Shown: positions 12,175 to 27,000 of the stretch, piece after piece
Layout of the letters: every line of letters begins with the position of its first letter
How positions within the stretch are numbered: the stretch's first letter is position 1
NCBI RefSeq assembly: GCF_964204645.1
Contig: NW_027437430.1
Span: forward strand, 180,001-244,000
Length of the DNA stretch: 64,000 nt
Direction of reading: 5' to 3'
Origin: Tubulanus polymorphus
Lineage: Eukaryota > Animalia > Nemertea
The notes under the pieces: generated by a model
What the model saw: the letters and a program-made list of their open reading frames with translations, nothing else
The model's database searches: none
What the model was told of the DNA's origin: nothing
Made by a program: the position numbers and the translations under genes

Positions 12175-14565
12175 TTACCTTTCCATCAGTTCTTGTTGCT
12201 GAGCTCTGATGACTGAATGCGGAGGAAAACGTCGAATTTCACCGTTTCTTTTGTGGAACCAGTATGCATTCCCAGTTTTAGGACTTACCAACATACACCA
12301 GTCGTGCTAGAAAATATCAGTAACATATATGATAAAACTACCAAAATAAGAATGAATCTAAAGCGTACACTAAAAGTGATAGTGGCAATAAATTTGAAAT
12401 ATTCAATCCAAAGCCATCGCTATCTTTATTTTGAGTCTATAAAAGTATATTCAGATCTCTTACCGGTGATGGATGTCGCGCTTCGTAGACTAACAGCACC
12501 AGTCGTTTAGCTATCGGTATAAATTCCCCGTGAGTAAATGATGATTTATCATTCTTGAATAGTTTCCTAATTTGCCTTTGATCTTCTGACGAGAGAAGAA
12601 GACAGAAACTGATTGAAGAAAGCATCTGAAATAAGACACGCACGCTAAGAATAAACTCCTAATGTTCTTCTTATCAATATATAGCCTGCTCCATACAAAT
12701 AATTTTTTTTTGGTGGAAATTATCTCTTTATGAACTTAACGTAAATTCCAAGTAGAACAGACTTACCTCTTCAAAATCACGACGTCGAAGTTCACCTTTG
12801 ATTTTGGGATTTTTATTTTTACTATCCTTCTCATGATTTGCCTCCTGTTTCTCTAATAGATCTAAGATCACGTCTTCGAACACGTCTTCTTTTATCACTG
12901 TGTAATATTCCTCGGGTATATCATACCTAAAACAAACATTAAATGATCGGAGTGACCGGATTTCTTTCACGTAGTTGCGAATGACTTAGTCGAGGCGGAG
13001 ATCACAAAGTTGTGGAAAATCGTTTTACCTCATTTCACCAGTTATCTTATTGAAGTAGATTAAACTATCGGGTCCATCTAATTCAACCCAAGTTCCCTGA
13101 AATAGTAAATACTCTAAACTAAGCATACCTTGGTATCATTTGATGTTACATATAAGATAATAGGGTTACACGTACTGTGCATTCTGTCGATTTTCCGTAA
13201 ATATACTTCAGAATTTCTGTGAGTAGATTCTCGAATTCTGGAAAATGGAGACCAGTCTTCGGTTTTCGTGACTGAAAGATTAGCACGTGTTCATATTCAT
13301 ACATTGTCATGGATACTGCATATTTTACACAAATAGTTCGACACGGATGTCACTGTCTCCGCTTTTATGATTTATACGACAAGGGAAACGTATGCCAACA
13401 GTTAATATGAAAGGCGATATTTCTTGAGCAAACCTTTTTACGTTTCTTTGTTTTATTTTCCGACTTGTGTTTTGAGTCTTCATTCATTTTTATGATATCG
13501 GCACTTGTGATGGAAATATCGACTAAACTCTTCGACTGGAAAAACTGAAAATTCAAACAGCCTCATTTTTTGGCCTAACAAAGTTTTGTCGGTTTCATGT
13601 CGGGCGTCTGTTGTTTCATTACGATGCCAAAAAACGCTTACCTTATCTAATTCCATTTTGCTTAGCAAATTATCCTCATCTTGGTCGACCATTTTGAATA
13701 TCTTTTTAGCTAAAGCCGCAAACGGATCTTTGATTTTATGTTTCGTAGGTTTATGAACATTTGGAATAATACTTAACGGATCGGCGGAAGGGTCGAGTAT
13801 TTCACAGCCGGTTCGAGCTGTTGGATAGTCCTCGTCGTTACCTGAGTAATATTCACTACTGTTTTCAATCGATTCATTGTCGTTTTCAATGTTCGAATCC
13901 TCGTCAATTTTAGCACCGTTTTGATTTGATTCAGTTAATAATGGCATAGATTGAGCATCGTGCTGATGATGATAACTCTGTTCACCTATATCAGATGTTT
14001 CTTCACATGTCGTTTCGCGAGTTTCAGTTTTCATTCCGTTCATTGATTCTCCATTTGGTTTATTTTCGACTGCGGGAACACTTTTATCGATCGCGTGTGT
14101 CGACGAATGAACTTCGAATTCGCATTTATCATTCGAAGTTTCAATTTCTCCGCTTTGACCCGGAATAGTCAAATCACTGTTTTCATATTCCCTATGATTG
14201 GCTACTGTATCCGGCTGTTCCAAAGTCTCCTTCCACGACTGATCAGTTTCCATATACCCAGCGGTCAGTTGTATATACTGCTCCAAAAATCTTTCTTCAT
14301 CGGAATCTGGATGTAACGATATATCACTGTCATGTTCGTAAGCGTCGTAATCACTCCGTTTCGTCATGTTTGCGTGTTTCACGGAGTTGATGTCGTCGTT
14401 CTGGCGAGGAACGGGGAACATGAAGTAATCGTCACTGTTACCGTCACGTATCGGAGACGGAGGTGTCACTTGAAATTCCGGTAGAGATGCACGTAGTCTA
14501 GTACTGACATCGTCAAGTTGTAAAGGCATGCTTCGTGGCGTGGCAAGTTTAGTAGGCCCATTCAT
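12175..14565 (-). CDS. EF-hand and WW-domain protein with long acidic disordered N-terminus, ~547 aa, 7 exons (14565-13642, 13535-13434, 13271-13176, 13096-13029, 12926-12767, 12625-12464, 12306-12175)
   Basis: Phase-consistent GT-AG junctions; EF loop DQDEDNLLSKME; WW-like WVELDGPDSLIYFNKITGEMRYDIP and DWCMLVSPKTGNAYWFHKRNGEIRRFPP. The 3' end could instead splice at AG|GTAATG to a short terminal exon near 11984. Confidence 0.72.
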
Positions 14566-17500
14566 TTTATTCCCAGCAGGATCGCTACATTTCTCTCACG
14601 CTAAAAATGAACAATTAATTGATAATTTCTAATCGAATTACGTACAGAATGGTGGCAGGATTATTGCATTACGAAACCTGCCAGTCAGGTCACCTAAAAA
14701 TGATTATTAGATTGAATATATTTAGTCAATACAAGTATCTATGCATTGTGGCGAATGTCAGAGCTAACACTACGAAAAGATGGATGTCCATTGAAAATAA
14801 CCGTCTCATAAATTATGCAATTAATATTGAGAATCTAATCGGCAACATGTTTTACTTTTTTTGCTACTACGAACAACTAAACGGTTTGTAGAAAGCTAAT
14901 TATAGGTTGAAAAATTTATGTTATAGAGATATGGATTTATGAATGATTTTAATTTGATGTTGACCTACTTCAGAAATTAGACGACTATATCTAAATCTAG
15001 ATAAACGTACGTACAGCAAATCTGAAAACCTTGTAAACTGGTCTTTATTCTTACGTGTCTCCATAGTTCGGTAAACTGGTTTATAGAAAACAGATCAGTT
15101 GCATGGGAATCAAAGTATAGTTTTACTGATGAAATATCGGTTTTAATGGATAATCCATGTAATCGTTTTCACACGCCGGATATCACCAGTTATGCCAGTC
15201 ACGCTATCATTGCAAACGCAAAATATTTTCTAATTCTAGAAAGTTGTTCTTCTTTTTCCATGGGATTTCGAAATAAAGTGAATATTAGATACATATTGTG
15301 TAATTCTAATCAAATGAGATTGATATTAGTAGAATACTGACAACCGGTTCTCAATAAACTCTTCCAGCCCCGAGGTTACCTCACATTAAGAAATATTTTT
15401 ATCACCTTAATTGTCGCTGGTTTGTGGTAACACCAACGCCTAAGCTATAAATCCACATTACGGTAATTTGCTATTCTCGTACCGTTGCTGTTTTTGGCTA
15501 TTTTAAGTTTGTTTATTTTGTATTATACGTATCATAATGTTCCAAATTCAATATAAAAAAATGACGTAGGGAAAAAAGCGCATTTGTCTAAGTGTGACCA
15601 GTTTCATGATAGATAATCATATATAAACAGAATTATAATTTGTAAAACTGTTATAGTGATGCACATGGCTGATCCAATTAATTATTGTCACACAGTTGGA
15701 TATTTCGTATCTTGACGTGCGACGTACATTCATTGGAATCACTGCCCACACGCTACAGGGGTTTGACCGAAAATGGTGACCATTCCTACCGTTAACTATT
15801 ACAATTAATAACCTTTAGTCTTTTCATAATTGGAGATTTAGACGACCTTTTTCCAATTTCCAGAAAGGTAGATGTTATCAGATAATAATTGGTTCCCTCC
15901 GTCTTATACTTCAATGGGACGTAGGTAATTACAGTCAGACAATCTAGTGTTTTCCCGTGTTCCTATGGTGACCGTTCATAAGATTTATGAGGCCTTCGGG
16001 TGTTATACAAATATCAACATTTGTGACACTGTCGTGATTGCAGCTGAATGAAGTCAGAAGAAAAATAGTCCCGAGGTTGATGATAGGCATAATAATCTGA
16101 CTACTGAATTGTAAACACTGGTTGAGACTCGACGATAACTGTATAAAATCCTTATAAAATTGCTAAAATGGCGATTAATTACAGCTTAAAGCATTGGAAA
16201 GTAATTATCATACAGATAAAAGCAGTGCGCATTAAACTGATTTCAGTGACGTGTTAGTTACAAAGCTTATGTTATTAACTAATACCAGTTGTTAAGTCAG
16301 CCATGCGGCCTCGCTAAGAACACTTATTGCTTGTAACTGACAGCGATTATGTTGTAAATTATTACCAACCGATTTTTCCTTCTGAAATCACTCGTCTCGT
16401 GAGGTCCACCGAGTTACTTATCCTACCCACTCGAATAACTAACACATTTTCTAATTTCGACCAAACAAGTTTATTTCAAGGACTCTTAAAAATATAATTT
16501 TCTCTTCCCTATCTAAACTAAATTCCTCTTTCACTTTTGGCAATTTATTCGTGTTGGTACATCGGAATGTCGTCTGGCGACAGAAAAGCTATACTTAATG
16601 GGTCTTATAAAATGCAGTAGACCTCTTGCACGATACATTTTCAAAATGAATTTTCAAATAGAAAGAACTTCACTGGTTTGATTCGACCAACGTTTATTGT
16701 CAGGCCATGTATGAACTATTTCATGAAGATTGGCGCGACTGTTGCGAAGATGAACTACAGTCCGTTAGAATCGTTTTTAATGCCATTGCTCACATAACGC
16801 CAACATTTTTCAGAGTACAAAATTTGCTCAATCTAACTAAAATTCAATGGAAATACCATTCTTTACGACGCCAAATTTGTTATAAGGCCATGTTTTCTAT
16901 TGGTCACAACCGTGGCATTGGAAAGGACTGAACGGTATATATGAATGTACATTATTTTTCATAATGTTGTAGTAACCTAACGATATATTAGAGACCGTTT
17001 TTCACGTTTAACTTACCTAAAGTTTATCCACATTCCGAGGTTTTCCACAATTTAAGGTACGTTCATCGTATAGATATATTTCGTGAGGTCTTATTCATTC
17101 GCCGAACCGGCGACGTTCATAAAAATGATATCTTACGGCTTAATATCAATTACGTACTAAATATTTTCCACAGCACAAAAAGAGTAATCCCACGGACAAA
17201 CAAAGCCTAGACATTGTAAATCACGGTGTATTCCCACCATTATACAATTATACCTATCAACATAAGATTTTGCCTACACGACACTGTGTCTCCTAATTTA
17301 TGTATAAACTCGGAAACACTAAAAACTGACACGAATTAAATAGAATTCCAACGCCGCATGACAACTGACGTTCCTATGTATGTCTAATCCAACCACGCAT
17401 GGCCCGGTCAAAGATATAACGGTACGGCAAAAATCAACTTATTGTGTTATAGCACGATAAGTGTCATTGGCCATTTGTAAAATAACTTTTCAAGTCCGGT

Positions 17501-18008
17501 GAAATTAACGCAATTTATCGATTGGAATTCCCCGCAAAGAACTATCGAGTTCGTACTGGGACAGATACTGGAATAGTGTCCGTTTCGTCATCGGTGATAT
17601 TAAACCCAGAGAACTCCAACCACGGCTGAAGTTTGCTGTAATTATCGTAATTATAGAATAGTCCATTACTCGGCGATCAATCAATATCAGCGGTTTATAC
17701 CGTCTCAATAAACTTCCGTTATTACACATAATGTGAATCTGCTGCCAAGTGAACTAATTTATTTTATTTCCCAACCAAATATTCAAACGTCACCGCCTAA
17801 AATGCCAAGATAACAAAATGTAGAGAAATTCTAACCGCACGCGACACGCGAAGTTGGCCTTTTCGTAGTCCTTTACTTCAGTTCTTCTTTCCAAATATCC
17901 CAGCTTCTTTTATAACATGACTTGATGTTCACGTACTCTGTCTTATGGTATGAATGTGATCGACTGGGCTTTTAATGTCATAAGTTCTTATCTTTTTAAC
18001 TTCACCAG

Positions 18009-18150
18009 TAATAATAATAATAATGTTTTATTCGCGATTCAAATTACAATATGAAGTAGCAGGAATAGATACAAAATAATGTAATACAAGACGCTGGACG
18101 ACTGGTAAAGTTAAAATAAACTTATTACCCGAAGGGCCCAGTCACATTCA
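18009..18150 (-). mobile_element. Probable 3' tail of a truncated LINE (CR1/L2-group-like)
   Basis: Minus strand: stem-loop gactgg..ggtaataagtt/aactttaccagtc, then AATAAA directly followed by an (ATT)n tail. Confidence 0.4.
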
Positions 18151-18760
18151 TACCTACACGTTACATGACAAAACATTTATCATTGAAAAGATAATAGTTC
18201 CATGACATTTGGTACATTAAGCTGTCCAATATTTCCATTAGTATTACACAATCAAATCCTCTATCCTTCCTCGCGTAAAACAAAAAAGAACTCAAACGAA
18301 CCCGTCTTTTATCAATAATGCGCAGGAAAATATCCGTAGTTTATTTGCAAACAACTAGAATAGATTTGTCTCTATTTGAAATCACGGTTAGGATATAATC
18401 ATTATGTATAAAAGTATTTTCTCTCCAACAATCTTTTCTTTCAACAATCATGATATCGACTCTGCATCTTTTTGAGGTAGATGAATATGTTGCTCAGTCC
18501 AACTATGATTATATAAAAAACTCTCTTGTATTTGGTTAACAACATGGAATGAATTATTTTTGGAATAAACTACGACACAACTTTTCTTACTCCGATAATC
18601 ATTAATAACTTGTATATACAAAATAATATCATCAGGTTAAATAAGTATTTCTCTGCCAGCAGAGTTTTGTAATCATCAAATATATTCTAATCTGATGGAT
18701 ATACATCATCCACAAGTTAATAAGCACCATTTTGACAATTCTGACCAGACGTTCGGACAG

Positions 18761-21700
18761 TTAAATTCGAGTTTGAAATGAACGTTGGAACGAAGAGGCG
18801 CGACTCTTAATAGCTACCCATTTAGCGGGATATCTACGCAAATAGCAAGTAGTACCAACAACAATGAGCAAAACAACTAGCAATGAAACAACAATGCCTA
18901 CGATCAACCCGACTGGAGACTGCAATCGAGCTATGTAAACCCCTCCTTCACTAACTGCAAAGTTGGCTTCTTGGTTCTGTATTTGCGCGTCGATTCTCGT
19001 CCAAGTTGCAAAATTGTCGGCGTTTGTTCGGTAGATAGCGACGTTGTTTTCCGATCCTGTTAATTTCATCTTCACATTGAAAGTTTTACCGCTAGCTGTC
19101 AGTTTCGTTTGCGGGTGAATAACAATGAAGTTGCTTGCGTAATCGTTACCGTACTGAAATGACAACACAGTCAGCAATAAAACCATTCATATTCTACTAC
19201 TTTGATACCGGGTATGGTATTTCATAAGAATTGTTGCATGTCTGCTTTCCTTTAGACTTACTGGCTTTTGTCTCCCCATTTCAGCTATTTTCTTCTCACC
19301 AACAGCGGGAGTCCATTCTTCTAAACGCATTTTCTGCAGAAACACGAACGCACCTCGAGGAACTTGAATATAAGCCCTAAAAGATTACAACAACCAAACA
19401 CGTAATGAAAATAAACATGACATTTTTGAATATTTTTCTTAACTTCATATAGAATTAACATTCGAGATTTGCCTACGAACCTATCACCGATAGTCATTGT
19501 TCCACCATTCCACCCAATACTGCTGTATTCTGACACAAATGGCACGGAAATGATTTTTCCTTTTTGGCTGCGATTTGAAAAATTGTTATTGCGCGTACAC
19601 ATGAAATAAGACGTTCCTGTCGATGTAACCTTTTTGGGCCCGAGGTCGAAATATGTTCCCGCATCATCCAGTTCAGAGAGTTCACCACCAAACTGATCTG
19701 TTATGAAAAATTCAAACATTTTATTCATTCGTTCATCTAATCAAAACAGCAACAAATGTTCTAAGAAGTAAATAAACTCATGACTTACGATCTTTTAGAA
19801 ATGCAAGTTTAGTTTGTTCTTTTCTAGTCATATCAAGGAAAGTAGCATTGTCAAGATGAGCCGGATAGCTGCGACCCCAGTGCCCGAAAGTGTTAGCTTT
19901 GCGTCCTGCATCTCCTTCGGGATAAGCTTGAACTCTTTGCAGTACAACATTAGAACGATCAGTACCAGCCAGTCCTTGTCCGTCATTGTTATTAGGGTTG
20001 GTGTTTGAACCGGTCCATCTATAAAACGAATCGAATCATTTTGTCAACTAAACAATACATCAAATAACTGGCTACACAGTATTTACAATCAAACCTACTG
20101 AAAATGCACGTATTCCCCGGCAGCAATCTCCAGTGTATTCGGCACATAATCATATTCTACAGCCGGATAAACTTGCACGATGTTTCCACGTTTTCCGCGA
20201 ACATTCACATTACGAATTGTCTTCCCTTCTAAATCATCCGGTCGTTTCTTTATCGCAAACGCGTGACTCCTGCGCGCAAATAAAAAACAGTTATTAATTC
20301 GGAGTTTCATGTATTCCATATCTAGATTCTGGCCATGTCCTAAAACCACTCACCTATCCTGAAATGTTCGGCCATACTGCGCAGTGTTGATAGCCAACTG
20401 CAATGGAGCGATACCAGCAAATATTTGAACTGATGGGTTATTTTTGAAAAGGTAGCCCCGTTTTTCAGCATCCGTCTTCTGCAATCCGTAACGTTCTGAT
20501 AAATCTAGTTGAGACGCTACACCTCTCTTGGCCTTGTTCAGAGTTGAGTTCGTGCTGCCGTCCCAACCATCAAATTCAGCCGTTGATATATTGTATCTGT
20601 ACATTGAAAACATAAACAATGAAAATATTCTGCATCAGATATACGTAAGTCGTAGATACATGAATTCCATGCACTCATCGTTTTTGAAAAGATGATGTAA
20701 TAATACCTGATTCTTAGAACACAATGTTTACTTTCTATATTCGGAACAGTCCAGTTATAAGTTGACGGATTTCCACCGATTGTGTTGCCAAGATGATTAT
20801 CTCTTGTAAATTCAGTTTCCCTACACTCAGGTGCAGGGATTCCATGAGACGGAGCAAGCGTCCAAACTCCCCTCACACCGTTAGTCCGGTCATTTTTTGG
20901 CCATCTAAAATTCTATTCGATAGACAAGAGCTTCATAGTTACACATTCATTATATACTAGACATGGGTAGAAACCAACGGATCAAATATTGAGGTTTGCA
21001 CTTTTACCTTGCAATCGTCCTCATTGTTTGGAATCGATAAGCCCTTATACATATTTTGCCGAAGCACTGTCTCAGGTATGAAACAATAGTATCTTCCCTT
21101 GACATTCTCACTTTCGGTTTCATAATACGGACATCGGCGAGCATCATTAGTGAGTACTGCAACATCCTATAACATAGTTACAGATATAACTGTAACTGAT
21201 ATAAGGAATAATAAATTCAAGAAGTGATGAATTTCATTTATATACTTACTCTCCAGGGTGAAGGATGCCAGTATGGATAGTAATCTCGCTCTTCAGGACA
21301 TTCATATCCTCTTCTTCTGCCATTTGGATTCTGACGAGTATTCTTCGCTTTAGGGCCTACTTTCTACGAACAAATAATGGAACTCTTCTTAATTTCGTTA
21401 CAACACAAACACGAATTCGATCTTATGAAATTATATTACCTGATCAGCAGTAAAGAGACCACCATTACGATTGCGTAAACGGCATTTCAAGTAATGTTCA
21501 AAGTTTTCATTCATACCATATTTAAGATCATTATTACAATCATATCTGGCACATTGGCTCGGATTTTCTGGTATGGTGCTAAAGCAAAATAAAAAAATTT
21601 TTATTAAGAAGAAAAACAATCGTTTTGCTGGCGGGATTTGACTTGAAAAACTTACCTAACAGTAGATCCATCACGAACATTTTCACCACACATGTACTGA

Positions 21701-22560
21701 ATGATATGCTCACAATGATTGTTTGGGTTATTGCATGAGTGTTGATTTGTCCTAAAATAGCAAGAACTTATTGAACACAAACATTTCATAAACTACTCGT
21801 ATCAAAGAAAAAAATTAGAAAGAACCGACTAAGATTTACAATAGCAATGTAATTACAATAACAACGTAATTCAAATAAAAATCTCACCACTCAATTGATA
21901 ATTTTGACCCTCGATAAAAGTACATATTTCCAACATTATAGCCCCCTCGATCGTTATTCTGTGAGTCGAACATTCTGAAAATACATCAAGCAAAAATATA
22001 GTTTTACCATATTAAACGTTTTTATTTCATTTTGATAATGACAATAAAAACAACTTTCATAAATTTCAATAGTTACCTATTAGCGTTATCTCTTGCTCGT
22101 CCTTTTTCATCCAGCCTATTATTACTGCCTCTGAAATAAAATATGAAAATTAGAACTCAATAGGCGTATGAAGAAGTCCGACAGTAATAGTAGTAACACT
22201 GACAAATTGTTTTTTTCTGGTCATACAACCAATATACCATATACAAGTATCTTATGATGTTTTTTTTCTCAGATTTAAAGGACTTTATTAATAGGCTAGC
22301 ATCTGAAACTAAATCAAACAGTAACTTTAAGCGGTTAGGTACGAGAATTCATACTTGATGAAATATCATTTCATTTCTCAAGCTACGCTATCTCAATACA
22401 ATATATAGCCAAAGTGGGCAATCGAATTCAACCTCGGAGAATCGGTCTCCGTTTTATTACTTATAAATGAAAACGAAAAACTTCCATAACTTTACCTCGG
22501 ATTATGCATGTAGATATCAGCCGATACTATTCCTACCAATAACCAAATAAAATTCCACAT
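18761..22560 (-). CDS. DD3-3: DD3-3-like protein A, type I membrane form, ~762 aa, 14 exons (22560-22496, 22130-22077, 21974-21888, 21751-21656, 21578-21440, 21363-21250, 21166-21008, 20912-20707, 20596-20354, 20269-20099, 20018-19789, 19697-19481, 19376-19262, 19153-18761)
   Basis: Signal peptide then [90 protein letters not shown]; C-terminal extension with TM helix [25 protein letters not shown] and short basic tail; all 13 introns GT-AG and phase-consistent. Confidence 0.9.
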
Positions 22561-24086
22561 TTTAACGTCTATTTCTCGAGATCTAATGAATTAATGAGAT
22601 ACACAATATGAACCAGGAAGTAAACATTGCTAATTGCCTAATCACACCGGTGTTTCCAGTTCATACGCGTATTACGCCCACAATATAGGACCCGTTTCAT
22701 TTTCGAATGACACAAGTTTTGCAATCATACGATTAATCAAAAACACATGTTATGAGAACATACTACAAATGGTTATTTGTTTCATTCGGTTGTTAACATT
22801 TTAACGATATACAAATATAAAATCTAGGCTAATTGAAAAGTGACTAGTGTTCTTAAATTAGAAATAGCTATTGATATTACTGACGTCATATGAAGCGCAA
22901 TCTTCGATGCGGTAAGTTACATTTTTTTCATATTGCAATAATTTCAAACTTTAACAGGGATTAGAAACTAAATAATTCAGTTGGAGTTTAACCAGCAGCA
23001 GAATTGTATCTATAGTAAGGGCAGATTCGTGTTGAAATGATTGTTAATGCGAGATAGACGCGTAGAGCCGTGTTTGTTTACTTTGCGGGGACTATTCTGT
23101 TAAACCCCTGGCTAGTTCCTAGTTCGCACCATTTTGTAACGCGATGAAACTTTGTCTGCAACATGAATTCTTTAGACCCAAACGTATATGTTAATGAATT
23201 CTATAGACCCCTACGCATATGTTTATGAAAATGATAATTAAACTACTGGCATAGAAAATCTTTTTGATCTACCCGTATATAATATGATTATAACTATAAC
23301 TATACGGATATAGCTATAATGAAAGTTGCTATTTTTCTATCGAGAATTGATTGTCGGTTTTAATAGTAAATACATATTTTCTATTTTTCACACGTATTTG
23401 CCACTTTTTAAGAAATCTTCGGTCGTCCGAATACCAGACGATCTTACAGATGAGATCGGCCTAACGTCGTGTTCCAGGAAACACGGCTAGCTTCTAGACG
23501 AACATTAGTCGGGTATATTATTCATACATGTCATTCGAAAATTAGTCACGTTTCCCTTTTGAATTAGAACGCGGAAATGTAGACAATGTACACAACCATA
23601 TACGGTCTGGATATAAAATTGTGATATAAATAACCGTTTGTTTGGAACGAGGAAGATATGTTTTTTGAACGTCATGTTCAATGGCACTCGAATATATAAG
23701 CCTTATATGGATTGGTACGTCAATGACGCATGCACTGTCATGCAGTATCCTCGCGCGGACAATATTAATAATTAAGCAGTTACAAACGTAATTACGTGAC
23801 TAATGCCTATAACTATACTGATTTAGAATTGTATTGAGTACAACACGACTGGTGCCCGATCAGGACCGATGACCACTTTATCTCTTGTCGACCTACAATT
23901 ATCTCTCGGTCGGCGATTAGATAAAACCTGACAAACTATTTGAATCACACGTTTAATGACCCGGTATCTTACTTCACGGTAGATAATGGAGAACATGAAT
24001 TTTATCTCAATACAAAGTATTAAATAATACCGTTTCAAGTATATATAATTGACTTGATGTTCTTCCTTAGTTTCAGATTTTTTACA
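22561..24086. promoter_or_regulatory. Divergent intergenic region shared by the two DD3-3-like genes
   Basis: 1526 bp between opposing ATGs; CRE palindrome TGACGTCA at 22881-22888; acceptor tttcAG just 5' of ATG 24087 implies a 5'UTR intron. Confidence 0.5.
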
Positions 24087-27000
24087 ATGAATAGAATCAT
24101 CCAAATCGTGTTGTTTCTGATACCCCTGTGTTCAGGCGATGTATACTTACACAATCCTCGGGGATCAAACAATCGCTTGAACGAAAGATCTGCGAACAGG
24201 AGAAATGCCAACAGAGTATTTGATTCGCAGGTATAGAATCAGCATCAAGATTCCTACTTAAAACGTTTTCGATGAAAACTCGAATTGCAATTAAAAAACA
24301 TTTCATTTTTATATCTGTGTTCGTAGAACAACAATCGCGGTGGCTACAACGCGGGTGACAAATCTGATACACCAGCTACCACAGAGGGCGAACAGTATTA
24401 TATGGTATGATAGCGGGAACGTTGTTAGGGCAATCGATATTTTTCTTTATTTTCATAAGATACGTTGAATTTGATAGATTTATAATTTCCTTTAGAAATA
24501 TTTTCAAAGTGGATCTGCTGGGAAAACTTTGCTGGATATCGAATGGACTAATCAGCACGGTTGTGGTGGTAATGAAGACACAGATCCCCATAAACAAAAC
24601 TGCAACATCATTTTACAATACATGTGTCAATCAGATGCAGGTATTGAAAGTTTATTTCGAAATAAAAGTGTTTGTCGTATGCCTCATAAATATCTGACTT
24701 ATTCATGATTCCATTATAATCAGGTAAGTTGGATACATTGAGAAACGGACAAGTGACCACTTCACAAGAGTATACTCCGCCCCCGAACACTGAGACCACG
24801 AAACAACGATCTGCTAGGAAGGAAAAGGACGTCGAGACCAATCGAGTCATTCAAGAATCATGGGATTGGTATGATAAATGCTACTCTAGAGAACGCAATA
24901 AAGGTGAATAGAAATCGGAAACATTGAAGGGAATCCAATACAAATACGGTGTATTACGCAAAGTCATCGTAGTCATTTGTTTTTAGGTTTATTCGTTGCC
25001 GATCAGATCTTGGCCTCTAGAAGAGGCTACAGTCGTGCCATTTCCACCAGGCAAAACCCGAATGGTAACCGTCGCGGTTATGAGTGCCCAGAAGAAAGGG
25101 ATCATTACCCATATTGGCATCCAACTCCGTGGAAGGATATAGCTGTTTTAGCGGAGAATGCTTCTATGTGTAGGTACGTCAAAGTATATGGTACACGGAC
25201 ACGATGTTATGTGTCATTCATGAATAACTTCTACCACACTGTTGATAAGAATGCCCTGATTTTACTTTTTTTTTTGCGTATAAATTGGCTCTTTCACCTT
25301 ATTCATTTATATCGATATAGCCATTACCAAAGCAATAGTTTCAACGTGAAACCATACGGCGAGTGCGTTGAATTCTACCCAGGTACGAACACCTGGAAAA
25401 GAGGAAGTCGCTGGAACAACTTTGCCGAATGTAAAGCCAATGGAGGAACATGGGTTGATTTTTACAATTACTTAGAAAAGAAACCAGGCGAGTTTGAAAA
25501 AGAATATCGCACTCTTTCCGTTTTGTATAAAGAAAAATGAACTATAACTGGCAACGCTTTCTGTTTTCAGGTGTTAAGAATAAACAGACTTGCGAATCAT
25601 TAAGCGCGGGTAAAGTAAAGTACATCTGGAAAGTCCCGTACGATGCAGTTGATCCGATGCAAGAAGAATGTTTAGTAGAGCTAAACCCTCCATCTTGTTC
25701 TGGCGCTGGTTGGACCAGGTACGTATAGACATGTATATTAGATATTAATGACAAAAACGATATAAACGAATGAAACTATGAAAATGTTCACTAATATACA
25801 GATCAAATCATCTTGGTAACGGACGAGAAGGATATCCATTAAACTACACATGGGCTCTTCCATATTTCCCTTCTAACGCAGCGAAACAGTGCGTTTTAAG
25901 AATAAGGTAAGTCACTCATATTTTTTTATCGATATCGAATTTAACTGAATATAGATGACCGTTTGATAACGTATCTACAGTGAATGCTTATTTTCGTTCT
26001 AGATACAATATTTCTACAGATGATTATGACCCATATTTTACTGATTCATCTTACAATTACGACCGGTAGGGGCTACGCATCAATATTTCTATCCATATCT
26101 GGTCAGGTGTATGAAAAAATATGATAAAAACAAAAAAAATTTTCAGACGGAAAGGAGTAATGTCACCAGTGAAGCAGAACCCATTGGTCGAAGTTGAAAG
26201 AGACCACAGTCTACTTAAACTTGCTATAAACACGGCGCAGTTTGGACGGACGTTTCAAGACCGAAGCCACGTGTTTGTGTTGAGACCACGGACAGGAAAT
26301 GGAATTTCCGACCAGCAAACAATTCATAACCTTAACGTGAGAGGAAAACGTGGTAATATCGTACAGGTTTATCCCGCTGTTGAATACGACTTTCATCCAA
26401 ACACATTGGAAATGAAAGGAAATGATGCTGTACATATTCAGTGGACAGGTAAGTCTTCACATTGGATTTGATTTGAATGAGTAATTCCTTTATTTACAAA
26501 GTATGTCTGTACTTTGAGCACACTTTATTCAATATTTAAATATTAATTTTGTAAAACATTTTCATGAAAATCAAATCATATCGTATCGTATGATTGAATG
26601 TGTATCATATCTAGGTTCTAACTCACACAACAACCAGCAGCCTGCTGGGGATGGTCAGGCGGGAGATGCGGGAGAAGGCAAAACAGGTAAATCATTCGTT
26701 TTCCACTCTCAGGAATTTCCTTCGAAAATGCTGCTTCGCTACATCGTGTTGTTTTCGTCTGCTGTTTTATAGGAACTGATCGTAACAACATAGTTCAGAT
26801 TCGGGATCTCAACGATAACTACCCTCTTCCAATTGAGGCGAACACTATGTGGGAAGCTGCTGAAATCGTCTGGATTTACCACGGGAAAAAGGTTTCTGCG
26901 CAGAGTCTAGCGCTATCGATGGCAACGTCCGGATTTTATCGCTGTATGAAGAAGGCCGACTGCGGTAAAGGATTCACTCCGGACACAAAAACTGAAAAAC

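Noticed and set aside
15030-15064. Candidate upstream coding exon (METRKNKDQFT) for the EF-hand/WW gene
   Set aside because: Splicing to the acceptor at 14601 gives a stop within five codons, and an in-frame TGA precedes ATG 14565.
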